DNA of 64,000 nucleotides from Eledone cirrhosa (taxonomy: Eukaryota): contig OZ024746.1 of NCBI GenBank assembly GCA_964016885.1, positions 10,850,001-10,914,000 of the forward strand, in the 5' to 3' direction. The notes under the pieces were generated by a model. That model did no database searches and was not told where the DNA came from. It was given only the letters and a program-made list of their open reading frames with translations. Of this stretch, positions 39,946 through 54,634 are shown piece by piece (positions within the stretch are counted from its first letter, which is position 1; every line of letters begins with the position of its first letter). The translations under genes were made by a program, and so were the position numbers.

Positions 39946-42900
39946 ATACGCATTACAAAAAAGAAAACGAAAGACAAACAAACAAAAAAAAAAACATCAT
40001 TCGAAGATTTGTTTTTCTTTTTGTGAGAATATCATGTCAATACCGGTTAATGGATGCATTATATTAAAAACAACAAACGTTCCATCTCAATGACAGATAT
40101 TCTTAAAAACACAATATTTTCTTTTCAACTTACAATTAAAAAAGGAAGCCTCAAGCAACATCGCCACAAGCATAATTTAATTTGGCTTTTTCTTTCTTAT
40201 ATTTCATATGTAGCGTGTATTCAGATGGCTTCGTTATTTACCTAATTAAAGTGTATCTCCAACTTTATTAATTAAAGCTAATTAGTTCCTTTTTTCATCA
40301 GTATGTATTGTTTCTAGACATTATTTATTTCTTGATTTCTTTAAAATTCTGTTTTTTCTATTTGTTATTTTCCCGAATCGCCCCCTGGAATATTCTATTA
40401 AATAAGGTATTGTTTTAAAAATATTTTTACTTGATGAAATTAATATTTTACAATCAATTAGTAAAAGGAAACTTTGAGACATGATAAAAGCAATCTACTT
40501 GCCGCCTTCCAAATAATATAAAGGGATAACGAATAAGAAAGAAGCTGTAGAGTAAGAACTAGTCTTAGCTCCCTCTATGCTTAATTATGTATTATTTGCA
40601 TAGTTTATTAAATATTATCTCTTTTTTAGTATCCCACAGCCCATAATATATAAAGCTGAAGTATTAGAAACTATTCAGATACGTCCGGTGAGAATTGTCT
40701 GGTTATTCTCACATCAGTCACCAATACAACTAGCTATAATTATATTTTTGACAGGTTAACATTATATCTGAATCGTGAATTTCAGGTCAATAACTGAGGA
40801 ACTCGTTATAACATGACCACGACTCGATAATATAGCTTGAATTAGCTCAATGTTGCGACGGTGTAAAGGAAGGACCGCAGTGTCAAACATTTCAGTTAGT
40901 GTTAGTATATTTAATGTAGTGGTATTCGCTTCTTTTTTCTTTACAAATTTGTCAGGGCTGGAAGAGCAGAGCCTCGGACTCTTTTCAGGGTTTCTGAGAT
41001 TTGAGGAAAGGAGCGATGAACAATATTAAGCTATTGGTTAATATTGACGTAATGACTGATATTAAATCAGTGACGTATATCAGTAGTGATAGTAATATTC
41101 TACAAAATATTGACGAATGACAAGTGTTTCACAAACGCTTTGGGAAAAATTATCTGCAATAGGCAGCTGTGTTGTCCAGAAAAAAACTTTTTCCATCTGA
41201 CTAAAGCTACAGAATCAAATAAGGCAATAATCAATGTACCTTGGCAAAAGAAATAACTAAATCATTTAATATTAAAATTAAGAAAGTCCACGATCAGTTT
41301 TGTTTATCTGAATCCCCCAGCAATAATATAACACTTCATTTTCGACTTGAAGTTGCTGATAGATTTCAACACTTCTCAGTTTACTACTTTTAAGAGACGG
41401 ATCTTATACAAGCCAATGGGTAAAATCATTAATTGTGAAAGACAACGTATTGTCAGAGAAGTAGAGGGTGTGATTAAATGCTTTATATTATTTGTCTCAG
41501 CTCTTTATGATCTGAGTTAAAATTTTGTAAACGTTAGATTTTCCTTTCATCATTGCATGGGCGATAACATGAATGCCTCGAAACAAATAAAAGAATATTT
41601 ACGTGATCACAAGGCCTGCAGGAAACATCATCAACATTCCCCCTCTTCAACCGTACCATATAAAAACAGGACACATTAGACATTCTGTCTTATAGACCTC
41701 TAAGAAGATGGGATGTTTAAGGCTAGACTGCTTGTAATAATAGATTTGCTGGAGCAGTCTTGACATGAGGCTAGACAACAACGACACAAAGATCGTGAAC
41801 GTTATTAATGTTGTAAGATTTATTCAATCACCTATACCTTGCCACTAAACAAGAATATCTGGTATTAGTATTAATCAAAAGAAATAATTAGAAAAAACAT
41901 TTTACCTCGAAAAGTTATAAAAGTTATAAAAGTATACAAGACAATAAATGTAATCGTAGAACTTATACATCATTAGATGTGTCTGTGTCCACTTTACAAA
42001 TATTCAACAGAAGAGAAAATTGACAAAATTCGATAGTTGTCTATAATCGAAAATATACTGGTAAGAACGTTGGCTGCTCCAATGAAATAAGTAAAGAAAC
42101 AATATATTCAATGTCTTTAATACTTAATGGTTTTTGAGATAAGTAATATCGACAAATATTCAAAAGAAGCAGAAAAAAAATCCGGAAATTGAGACAGATA
42201 TTGGTGAATCGAAAAGAGCTTCTGAAGATTAACTGAGTCATAAATTTGTCTACAAAAGTTCCCCAAATCTTACTTTGGGTTAGAGGACTGCTTCGAAGAA
42301 AATAATAGATCTATTAATAGTTTCTCAAACTGGTGACTTTATTTCCAATATTTGCGATAGCGTTCAAAAAGCTGTTATCTAAATATGAATGTGTAGTCGT
42401 TCGATCAAACCCAAGCTCCCAATTTTGATTCCCTTTTGTGCCATAAAGAATCTGTTGTTTGAAAGTTTGTAAATATGGATATAGGTATATTTACCGGCGT
42501 CCACAATTCAGCATGCATTTAGGTCGGATTTCTGGTCTAAGTATACATCCTCCTTTCCTTCATAATCTAGAAGGACCGAAAATACAGGGGTTCTGCGCTT
42601 TCTCTTTTAACCAAGTATCCATGCTATTAAAGGAAATCATGAACATATGATAATTCTTATTGACGTAAGAGGAGACAAAAACGTATGCTATGTTATGCCT
42701 TTTTCAAGATATAAATTGTTTTTCTCTATTTACGGAAAGTAGGTCCCAGAATTTTACCGCCGAGATCCAAATTCCCATTTTCAGGCTTTATTAGATGACA
42801 TTGTACTTTTTAAATTTTAGTATACAATTCTTGTATCTTAAGAACTGTAGAAAAGGGAATTTAAGACGTACATGCAGTGTAGACAGAGAAGTGTCTTCAC

Positions 42901-44259
42901 CCTAAAATAGAAGGCGTGCCACAAAACTTTAGCGGCGCGGTCCTAATCCCTATTTTGAGCCCTCGCCCTTGGATATTATATAACATTGTATTTTTGGTCG
43001 TAGCGCACATTTGCTATACCTGAAGAACTATAGAAAAACGAAGTTATGAGGTATATGCATTTCCAATATCGATATAAATGTTAAAAAGTGTCAGCCAAGA
43101 ATTGAACCATTAGCTTAAATCTTGCTCCTTCATTCTCATCTACATTTTTAATTTTGGCAAAAAGCAGCAGATCTCTGAGGAATGGTTTAGTCAATGTATT
43201 GAGCACTAAAGGATGACGAGTTATTTATTTGAAAACACTAAAAGACGTAACATCCATATCTAATGTGTAACGTAACATCCACATCTAATGTGTAACTAAT
43301 TAACTTTAAAGTATCCAAACACAACGGGAGCGCCACATAACTCTGATTCCTTACCATTTACCTAATGATATATAGTTTTTCATGGCCCAAGCGCCAATCA
43401 GTTGCAGGTAATATAAGACCTGATAGTTATTCTCAAGAACTTTAAATTTGTCAAATTATATATGTGAAATATTTCTACTAGATATTGATTTCTTACAATA
43501 GATCAGATGGCAAACATACATAAATGAATATAAGCTGGGTGTATGGTCAATTGCATCACCTTCCGACTATTTGATTTATTGATCACAGGGGCATGCAAAT
43601 TCAACTCTGGTTGGATTAAAACACAGAATATAAGAAGACCTGACTAACTAACCGTCACAATGTTTTGTCCAGCACACTATCTGTTTTACAATCTCCAGTG
43701 CGTGCTTAAACTCCATTTCAATTGAATTTGTATTAACAATAAATGTTATATTCTTTCGGTTTATAAAGAATATATTTTAACAGTTTTATGGTGATATATA
43801 TCTTATTTAAAATTTTGTCAAACTAATATACAAACCAATATGATATAGAATTGATACTTAATTGTTACACCAAATACGATTGCCAGATCATAGACTCAAT
43901 GCGATATTGTCTCCTAATTGAAGACTCAATGGTCCGAATCCATTCCCTAAAACTCTGCAGTGTTCATGACAGTGGCACATTTCTACAGAGCTGCAAAGTT
44001 TGGTACATTTATAGAGATGAATTCATATCCTTCTTGTTAGATAGCATCTAGTAATTAGATGTGCCAAAGATGCTCTAAATAACAATGTGATCTTATTTTC
44101 GTTTAACCTATTGGGTTATGATATTCTACTAATTTATTGTAAAGATTCAGAACTAGAGTAATATGGAAATAGGAGAGAAAAGGGCATAATGAGAAATAAA
44201 ACTGGTTGTACTTCAAATTTATGAAAGAAATACGTTACGTGAGCTGAAGATGGCTTACT

Positions 44260-44818
44260 TTATCGTGTGCTAGACCTCAAACATGTCTGTATGTTGTAAT
44301 CATATTACCGACGTAGCATTGCAGCAAGGGAATGTTACACTTCACCCTACCAACTACGATACTAACTAGGTGTAAGAAATGACAGTAATGTAATGCATCT
44401 GGGTGCTTCATAAGTTTGAAACTTTGAGTTCCACACCCGGAAAGAACAGAGAATGGCTGTACCAGCCTAACATATCTTTGATGCACCACAATTATATAGT
44501 CTTTGGCTTTATCTCTTTTATTACGTATCTCAATACCAACAACATTAATGTCTTGCAATCCCATTGGCATATAATAGTTGTTGTGTTTATTGTTGTTTAG
44601 CTATAGGTCTTCCCTGATTGAGACGACTTGTGATTAAAGATATTATAGCCATGACCATCACATCTATATTTCAGAAACAATGTATCGAGGAATATATTAT
44701 TACGACCTTTTCTTTTGTAAGACTCGAAGGTGTTATTTGAGGAAGATTTAGTTGCAACTACTCGCAGGTTGTGTGGTTTGAATCGCTGGAATACTGATAA
44801 GACAAGTATTGTCCTCAT
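44260..44818 (-). pseudogene. Possible decayed coding exon, weakly SEFIR/IL-17-receptor-like
   Basis: Bounded on the - strand by ctttaacAG and GTaagc; broken frames include FLKYRC, KAKDYIIVVHQ and QSFKLMKHPDAL. Family call is a weak visual resemblance only. Confidence 0.25.
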
Positions 44819-45093
44819 CTGTTAAAGAGAAGTATAGTTTCAACCTAATGTAAGGATGATCTTTTAAAACAATTTATTGTGTTCGCAATCTGAATCGAGG
44901 AAACGTATTATGTCGAAGGCTAGGGTGTAGCAATTTATAATGAGCTTCATGTTGTTCAGTTAAATTCTAAGAGAATACTTTTCAATTTGTATGTTCTGAA
45001 TTCAAATCTCAGCAGAGAAGACTGTCTAGGCTGTATTCCGCCATGAAAATGTGGCTTTATACTGATGTTAGAAATCATTATTATAGCTGTAAA

Positions 45094-45287
45094 GGCGGTG
45101 GATTGGTAGTATCGGTAGAGGGTCGGACGCCATGCTTTGACGCATAGAGTTACGGCCCTTTCCATTCTGAGTTCAAATCCCGCCGAGGTTAACTTTGCCT
45201 TTCATCCTTACGGGGTCGATAAAATAAAGTACCAGTAATGCATTGGGTAATTGCTGGCCTTGTGCCAAAAGTAGAAACAATTATTAT
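45094..45287 (+). mobile_element. Full-length tRNA-derived SINE (reference copy of the main family)
   Basis: A box ttggtagtatcggtagag, B box gagttcaaatccc, central gcctttcatccttacggggtcgataaaat, (att)n tail; attattatagctgtaa duplicated on both sides. Confidence 0.93.
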
Positions 45288-46418
45288 AGCTGTAACTACA
45301 CACAAATAAGTAAGCAAAAGAGTAAACCAATAAGACAATTTCCATTCTCATTATAAAATACTTCACTTCAAATGTTTTTGGGAATGTTTTGAGTTTCTCG
45401 ACAGCTTATGTTTGGTATACACCACTAAAAACGTAAATCCTTATTATAGTGACTACGTTAGAGAAATATATTTAGAGAAAGCTTAAGCTCTTAAACAGGT
45501 TGAAATAACTTTTCGAAAATGTTGCTTGGACTGTTGGTTCATTGTTGAATGTAACAATTGCAAATGTTCCATCTATGTTTAGAGTGAATATGTCGATATT
45601 GGTGCATTTGTATTATTGTATTTCACAATAAAAAGAGTTGAATCATTGCTTGTGAATGAAAAGAAATTTTTGGCAAAATGTTGAAAGTTCATTAAGACCT
45701 TGTAGATTGCGTCACTGTTTCTCATAATTTGAATTCTCGGGTTCGGATTTTCGTTCTATTTCCTATTGTACTTTTTCCAATCGTTCTTTACAAATTCTGT
45801 TTTTGTGTATTAGATCTGTTCACTATTGATTTTGAAAACTCTCCAAATTCTTCGTTTATTTGGCGTCTATTTCGGGTTGTTTATTCATTCAGAACCAGTT
45901 TAGTATTAGTAAATTTCAGATATCACAAAAGCATCCACAGAAGTTTTATAACTTTCACATATTTGGAGTTTTCTTCCAAAAGAATACATTTCTTCTCCAG
46001 TTCTGAAATCCAAACGTCGTATTAATTTAACTTGAAGTAATAAATGGATTTCTTCCAACAGTTCAATGCAATGACAGTGGTCTATACATATGTACAAAAA
46101 TATAAGCATGTTTTTCATAGATTTAGTCAACGTTACGTATTTTCAAAAGTGAAAGACAACAATACTTTTAATGAATTCCATGACAATTCGAGTGCTAGGA
46201 GGATGTATTCTCTATTTAATGTTCAACGAAATTAATATTACTATATGAACAGAATCATCCCTTATTCTGAAAATATATCTTGCCCTAGTGTTGGCATTGA
46301 TTTACGACTTTTGTTCTACTAACAAAATCTTGAATACTATGTTATGGATGAAATAAATAACAAGTTAAAAGTTAAATTTGATCTGTACAACACAACTAAC
46401 CATAATTAGAATGCTGAC

Positions 46419-46559
<141 letters not shown>

Positions 46560-46567
46560 ATATATAC

Positions 46568-46653
<86 letters not shown>

Positions 46654-46667
46654 ATATATATATATGC

Positions 46668-46699
<32 letters not shown>

Positions 46700-46778
46700 A
46701 TATATATATATATACATATATATATACATATACATATATATATACATATACATATGTATATATATATACATATACATA

Positions 46779-46921
<143 letters not shown>

Positions 46922-47079
46922 GTATATATATGGCGCGAAATTTATTATAATTATTGACAAACCAATCAAATTACTTCTCGAAAAACCTGGCATTTCGAGC
47001 CACTTTTTCCATATAAAACAAGTAACATTCAGAGACCAACCAGATGTGAGAAAAACCACAGACCCTCCATCTCAACTCA

Positions 47080-47117
47080 CCTTTTGAAAAGCAGAAGAAC
47101 TGCGAAACCGGTAAAGG
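47080..47117 (+). ncRNA. Minimal type I hammerhead, U3-A8 core variant
   Basis: cctt TTGAAAA gcag-aagaa-ctgc GAAA ccgg TA aagg, inside a (TA)n-bounded cassette at ~46932-47255. Confidence 0.8.
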
Positions 47118-47249
47118 AACCAAATAAATATATATATTTAAAAAAAAAATAAGACTCCAGTTGCATTTTCGATTTCATCACTTTTTCTTTATACTTTCAC
47201 TCGTGTAGGACACCTCGGTTATTTTTCATTTTGTAAAAAAAAACCTCAC

Positions 47250-47322
<73 letters not shown>

Positions 47323-47333
<11 letters not shown>

Positions 47334-48034
47334 TTTATCTAATAATTCTGTAGACATGATTTATAATAATATATTGCTCTGAGCATTTAATTTATTAATT
47401 CTTCATAGAGCTAAAAAGTGACCGGTTGTAACATATATAAATTTATGTATATGTAAACCTTTATATTTAATAATCTCCCGTAAGGTTGAGATTAAATTTG
47501 GGGATATTTGGCTGCGCTTTCGAGCGACAGGCCTACACGCCGTCAACAGCCAATCACATTCTTTCCAACTTGACCACGGCCATAGTGTGATTCTTAGCCA
47601 TTTTTGAATCCAATTTTGGCGCGATCGGCTTGGAATACTAAGTGTCTATTTTTGAGTTTATCTCCTGATGATTCCGAACTCAATGGATTTCCTATTAATA
47701 GGATATCTAAAATTACGGATGAAACCATGGTAGGGATATAGTTACGGTATGTACACAGTGTTTCTATGTTTGATTTTACACCGAATTGCATATGGTTAAT
47801 TATGTACTTGGTCGATTTATGCATGCTGTCGAAATGTTGGATAAATAACCTGCTGTGGATACCGCAAAGAAGCCACTCTCGTTTATTTGTCGGAGATTTC
47901 TTCATAGGAGCTTTTATCCTTATGGCTTAGTATAATTGATTTTTTATATGGTTGATTGTGCTGTTTGGCAGAGGAAATGGAGTATATATTTTGTTTATCT
48001 AATAATTCTGTAGACATGATTTATAATAATATAT
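47323..48034. mobile_element. Unclassified cassette with 52-bp terminal direct repeats in (TA)n
   Basis: tatatattttgtttatctaataattctgtagacatgatttataataatatat at 47323-47374 and 47983-48034. Confidence 0.7.
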
Positions 48035-48050
48035 ATAGATATATATATAT

Positions 48051-49359
48051 AGTGAGTCAATTGCATGAACTCATAATCCTTTATTTACTGCTATATATAT
48101 TTCGATGATAGCCATTGAATGGCTATGACCTCATCAGGCAGTTAGTCAGTTTTTAGATATGCCAGCTCTGTGTTTATAGTGTTGATGGTATCAGAACCTT
48201 GGGACATATGAGCTTGTTAGGAATAAATTAATGTTGTCAGCAGGAATAGTCTTGATTCTCATTGGTCAGTTTGTAGATGGTAGTAGGGTTGGTATTTGAC
48301 CTCAAAGAGGTAGGTGGTTTTGTAAAATTCAAACCGTCAGGTAAGATGACAATAGTTCCATATGACTGATTTTACAAAAGGCATTCCTGGTCAGATATAT
48401 ATTCAATTAAGGTTAATAGTATGAAATAGATACTACAGGCCATTCTTAAATTGAGGAATATATGTGGAGTGGTGCTACTGAAATTTATGGTTGGAGTAGA
48501 ACATTTACAAATAAAAAGACTTATGTAGGTTGGCTTGCACTACACTCACAGCCAGCTCCACAGACACACACATACATCCACACATACAAAGTGTGGGGTG
48601 GTAATACTTAATATAATGGTTAGAGTCAAATACTTAGATAGTTTAGAAAATTTAGAAATAAAAGGTTTATGCTGGTTGACTTGTACATACACTCACACCT
48701 ACCCCCCAGACACTCACACATCTACACACACAAATCCATACAGGTGTGCATATATATACACGTATGCATGTATGTACGCACAAGCATACATATATATATA
48801 ATATATATACATATATACACAGAACATACATATATATAAAATATATACATATAAAAATATAAAAAATATATATATACATAAAATACACACATACATAAAA
48901 TATATACACACATAAACCATACATACATATATATATATAAAATACACACACATATACATATAAAATATATACATATATATACATATATACACATAAATAT
49001 ACACATAATACATACATACATATATAAAACCAGGTTCAATAAAACGTGGTTTAGATGACTCGTAACCAGTAGAGGATCCGGTGGACCATCCACCATAGGG
49101 ACCACAAATTATGGGTTGTTGTTGTTGTCCAATGGTCATTGGTACGGGGTGTATGGGACCTACGGGGGGGGGGGCGTTGCCGGAGGCCGTAACCGGGGTT
49201 TATCCATATAGCTTGAGGAAAGTTCCCGTCCTTAGGTGTCTGCAGGCACCGAATAAGTCGGCCCTTATGTTTAATACCTTGGTTCCGCCATGAAGAATCT
49301 CGAGTGTCTCACTAAGACAGAGGTTGCAAATACCAGATCCGCCTCTGTCTGGGGGAACC
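48051..49359 (-). mobile_element. Second Naiad-like PLE family, 3' fragment
   Basis: Minus strand 49357-49199 translates [52 protein letters not shown], then a microsatellite-rich UTR and a sense hammerhead. Confidence 0.88.
48087..48142 (-). ncRNA. Type I hammerhead ribozyme, canonical
   Basis: Minus strand: actgc CTGATGA ggtcatagccat-tca-atggctatcatc GAAA tatata TA gcagt. Confidence 0.9.
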
Positions 49360-49375
49360 TCTCTCTATCTCTCTC

Positions 49376-49541
<166 letters not shown>

Positions 49542-49609
49542 TATATATTTGATATATATTTACCCTTATCGAGCCCTCTTTGGATTTTAGTCTTCAAATT
49601 TATTATTAT

Positions 49610-49645
<36 letters not shown>

Positions 49646-49649
<4 letters not shown>

Positions 49650-49833
49650 GTTTCTACTTTAGGCACAAGGCCAGCAATTACCCAGTGCATTACTGGTACT
49701 TTATTTTATCGACCCCGTAAGGATGAAAGGCAAAGTCAACCTCGGCGGGATTTGAACTCAGATCGTAAAGGGACGTAACTATGCTGGAAAGCATGGCGTC
49801 CGACCATCCTCCGATACTGCCAATCCACCGCCC
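49646..49833 (-). mobile_element. Full-length tRNA-derived SINE in (TA)n
   Basis: Nearly identical to 29468-29652. Confidence 0.92.
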
Positions 49834-50069
49834 TTATATATATATATGAGAGGTATACAGATATATGTGTATACATACATATACATGTATATATAAACAT
49901 ATATTTTTCACAAGTATGTGAGATTGTATGTTGTCGACCTTAACCAGTGTTGTTCTATGATTATGAGAGACAAGATAATCGAATTAATTAAATTGACACA
50001 ATATCAGAGCTATGTAAAATATTATAAAATAAGAAGGAATAATAAACACATTATACCTACTTTTTCTTC

Positions 50070-50162
50070 GTCCCGACTGTACAGTTTCGCTGGTCACTAT
50101 GCAAAAATGTTATATCATAGATATGAAACATTGTTGTGAAGTAAGCCAGCTTATCAAGGGAC
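50070..50162 (-). ncRNA. Type I hammerhead, U3-A8 variant
   Basis: Minus strand: gtccc TTGATAA gctgg...ccagc GAAA ctgtacag TC gggac. Confidence 0.82.
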
Positions 50163-50500
50163 CACCTCAGAGAAGAGCCCTAACTACATACGTCCGTAGC
50201 ATGGGAGAAAATCTCAAAAAGGCGGAGGGAGATTCTATCACGTGATACACCGGTCAAGAAAGGGGATTAATCCCTTGTAGCAGTGAAAAATATATCAGAA
50301 GGCGGAGGGGGATATTAATATCCTCTGTAGCCTCTGTATCATATTAATATCCCCCTCCGCCTTCTGAGATATTTTTTACTGCTACAAGGGATTAATCCCC
50401 TTTCTTGACCAGTGTATCACGTGATAGAATCTCCCTCCGCCTTTTTGAGATTTTCTCGCATGCTACGGACGTATGTAGTTAGGGCTCTTCTCTGAGGTGC

Positions 50501-50591
50501 TCCCTTGATAAGCTGGCTTACTTCACAACAATGTTACATATCTATGATATAACATTTTTGCATAGTGACCAGCGAAACTGTACAGTCGGGA
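50501..50591 (+). ncRNA. Type I hammerhead, U3-A8 variant (inverted copy)
   Basis: tccc TTGATAA gctggcttacttc...gtgaccagc GAAA ctgtacag TC ggga. Confidence 0.82.
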
Positions 50592-50639
50592 CGAAGAAAA
50601 AATAGGTATATTGTGTTTATTACTCCTTCTTATTTTATA

Positions 50640-50681
<42 letters not shown>

Positions 50682-50722
50682 TTTAAGAATATATATATAT
50701 ATATATATATATATTCATTTAA

Positions 50723-50802
<80 letters not shown>

Positions 50803-52653
50803 TCTTAAATGAATGCAACATTTATTTAAGCTGAACATGACATATAGGCATTGGAATGGATGTGAGCTTTTCAATTTTCCTCTAAACTGTCATATAATTA
50901 CTTAGAATAGACTACAGAAGAAATTGACTTCAGTATCAACTCTTAAGTCTAAGTAATCAAATATCGCTTTCAGTTTGAAGTTTGATAATTTAGGAAAGAA
51001 ACCTCAATACTTAGCATGTAATTTAACAGGAATAGCATGGTTAACGAAAGCGCTAGGAAACGCCAAAGTAAAAAAAATCCAATAATACGGCTATGGAATA
51101 ATTATATTTCCTTCTGTGTTTTGGTGATTTTGTGTTAATTATTCCATTTAATCGAAGCAAAAACCGTAGCGCCCATAGAAGCTATTAATTAAAAATTTGA
51201 AAGCAAATAAATAAACAATAAAAATAACAAACTCGTAACATAAAGACGGATGTGTGTTACTTCGGCGACAGTCATTCAAAAGAAAGCTTAGATGTGCCTA
51301 ATTACATAAAGGGGGTTGGCGATAATCAACAGCAAGCTGTCTGCTATTAAAAGGTGAATAACTTCAAACAAACCATTCATCTTGATTAACGTATCTCAAT
51401 TAATATAACTGAATAACAGTTTCTGTGCGAGAATCGTTACTTTTCCCTTATTTCCTTTGTTTTGTTTTTCATTTTTCTTCCAATTGCAGCAAAGTAAGAA
51501 CATAAATTTCATATTAGAAAGAGCGACAAAGTAAGAACATAGATTTCATATTAGGATTTCACATTAAAAATTTTCAAAACGAAATTGAATGCTTCAGTAA
51601 ATTAAAATACTTACGTATTTCAATTTCAATAATAATAAGAATATTTTCATCGTTTAATGATCATACTGTATATTTAAAGTTAATTTGATAACCCTGTTTC
51701 CATAGAAAGTAGCATCTGTATAACAGTAAGTTGTTTTCTAGAAGATAAAATGGTTAAATAATTGGATAATTGCGATTTAAAGCGTTTATCTTTATTTAAA
51801 GTCTTTATTTTTATTTTCCCTAATTTATTTAGGCTGAGGTATACTAGCGGTAAGTTTTAGAAATACCGATTCTCTTCCGGAAAATGACATTGAGTAGAAA
51901 ACAATTCAAAATGCTGATTTAGAAAAGATATGAATATATTTTAATTCGCTATATGGAACACTAATACGGGGCTAAACCCCACATAAAAATGGTTACTGAA
52001 TTTCAGAATTATATTTTTTTGAAATTAACACATTTATTTAAAATATCCTTCAAGTTTCTTCTTGTATCTAAAAAACATCGATGACAGCCTCGTATTCATT
52101 AGTTGAACTATATCATTTATTGATAAGCTAAAGTAGATTATATTTAAACGTCAGGACGTACACCATTCGAAAACAAACACCATTGGATTTTATGGGGATA
52201 ATGATATATAGTGCAGATTTTTAAAAATGTTATAGAGTTTATTAAAGAGCCTTTTCCACTATAGACACAATGAGACAAAGCTTTTTACTACTATGAATAT
52301 TGCTTTAGAAATGATAAAAATCAAGATAACGGTGTTTGCATCGAACCAACCAGATGTTTGTTACATATTGTTAGTGTTTCAGTCCTATTCACCATGTAAT
52401 CTTATTTTCATCCTAGTTGCAGTGTAATCATATTTTCATTTTATTGCTTTGCAGTCAATAAAATGCCGAAAATACTTCTTCAGAAGTTATGGTATCTATC
52501 TATTCCCAACAGCTTGATGTACAGAGAAAGGTTATGATAGAGACTTTACCATGCGACCCATACACTTTCTATTGCTTAAACATCCGACCCATACATTTTC
52601 AAATCAATACTTTAAATACAAATTCAATAGAACCTTAGAATTTGTAAAACGTT

Positions 52654-52722
<69 letters not shown>

Positions 52723-52731
<9 letters not shown>

Positions 52732-53399
52732 ATATTTGGGGAGGGTCATATTTGCGTAATATTGCCAGAATTAATAACAGAACACACTCACTGTTTGGTT
52801 GGTTTTCGCTTCTCGCTGTCTTTTATATATATATATCTGCGATCTAACTTACTCGGTCCTCAATGTTGCCATTGACTGACCGGCGGTCAAAAATAATACA
52901 GATACAATATAGACAAACACATATATATATAGTTTACATAATTTACATAAATCTTTCGTTGCACATCTGCAACATCGTCAGTGGTGTTATATTCATTGTT
53001 CCTCCTGTTGTGTTGTATGTCTACGCCATTTTTTTTTTTTTTTGTTCAGTCTGTCTATATATTTATTTATTTATTTATTTGCTTGTTTGTTTATCTTATT
53101 TTATTTTGTCTTCTTTGCGCATGCGTTTGCGTGTGTGTATAGTGACGATGTTGCAGATGTGCAACGAAAGATTTATGTAAATTATGTAAACTATATATAT
53201 ATGTGTTTGTCTATATTGTATCTGTATTATTTTTGACCGCCGGTCAGTCAATGGCAACATTGAGGACCGAGTAAGTTAGATCGCAGATATATATATATAA
53301 AAGACAGCGAGAAGCGAAAACCAACCAAACAGTGAGTGTGTTCTGTTATTAATTCTGGCAATATTACGCAAATATGACCCTCCCCAAATATAACAATAT
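52723..53399. repeat. Fold-back inverted repeat (arms ~52723-52980 / 53143-53399), probably PLE-derived
   Basis: About 257-bp arms, apparently identical by eye, with a 162-nt spacer; cassette bounded by (TA)n. Confidence 0.9.
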
Positions 53400-53453
53400 C
53401 TGTTTCGACACACGATTTCATATAAAAAACCTCGCAAAACTAATTCATCGCCG

Positions 53454-53592
<139 letters not shown>

Positions 53593-53611
53593 TATATATA
53601 TATATGTATAA

Positions 53612-53642
<31 letters not shown>

Positions 53643-53647
53643 GTATG

Positions 53648-53760
53648 AGTATTCCGATGATTTGATCAGAGACACACACTGTATTTAAGGTCGAGTGACG
53701 CAACGTCGAGTGATCAACGGCCTTTAGACTCACCTGATCAATGAATCAATTGTTAATACT
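53648..53760 (+). ncRNA. Hammerhead-like motif, CCGAUGA core, degenerate (GAAU)
   Basis: agtatt CCGATGA t-ttgatcag...ctgatcaa-t GAAT caattg TT aatact. Confidence 0.6.
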
Positions 53761-53815
53761 GTAAAATAAAACCCTTTTTGTACAGCCGACCATGTTATTC
53801 TTCATTCTTTCACTA

Positions 53816-53906
<91 letters not shown>

Positions 53907-53925
53907 TATACATATATATATATAA

Positions 53926-54068
<143 letters not shown>

Positions 54069-54173
54069 TAGTATATTTACCAACATATGCGTACAGATGT
54101 ACACTAATGCTAGCAAATACATAAGTTATGTCATAGTACCTAGGTGGTTCTATGCAGGGGGATGCAGAACAAT

Positions 54174-54293
54174 TATATGAAAGACGTAAAATAAGAAAAT
54201 TTTAAAAATAAAAAATTAACTTACTTACTAAATTTTAGTAAATTTTAGTAAGTAAGTTAATTTTTAATTTTTAAAATTTTCTTATTTTACGTC

Positions 54294-54303
<10 letters not shown>
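54174..54303. repeat. AT-rich near-perfect palindrome (~60-bp arms)
   Basis: tatatgaaagacgtaaaataagaaaatttt...aaaattttcttattttacgtctttcatata with one mismatch; abuts (TA)n. Confidence 0.9.
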
Positions 54304-54368
<65 letters not shown>

Positions 54369-54600
54369 CATAGACAACAACTGATGACTACAGTATTTAT
54401 ATTCGCATGAATTTAGTTTGAAAAATATGGATTTGTTCCAAAGACATGGAATAATAACATGTTGTTTAGTATTAAAACTGTACGACCACCCGCCCCAACT
54501 CTAAATAAAGCAAAGAAATATCCTCGCAACCATCTGTGAAACTACAATTAAATTATCTTTTATGATCATTTATTTACATCCATGCGCATACATACATACA

Positions 54601-54634
<34 letters not shown>

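Larger units (their letters stand above)
50015..50647. repeat. Fold-back palindrome (arms 50015-50321 / 50341-50647) with a hammerhead in each arm
   Basis: About 307-bp arms with scattered mismatches and a 19-nt spacer; right end abuts (TA)n. Confidence 0.93.
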
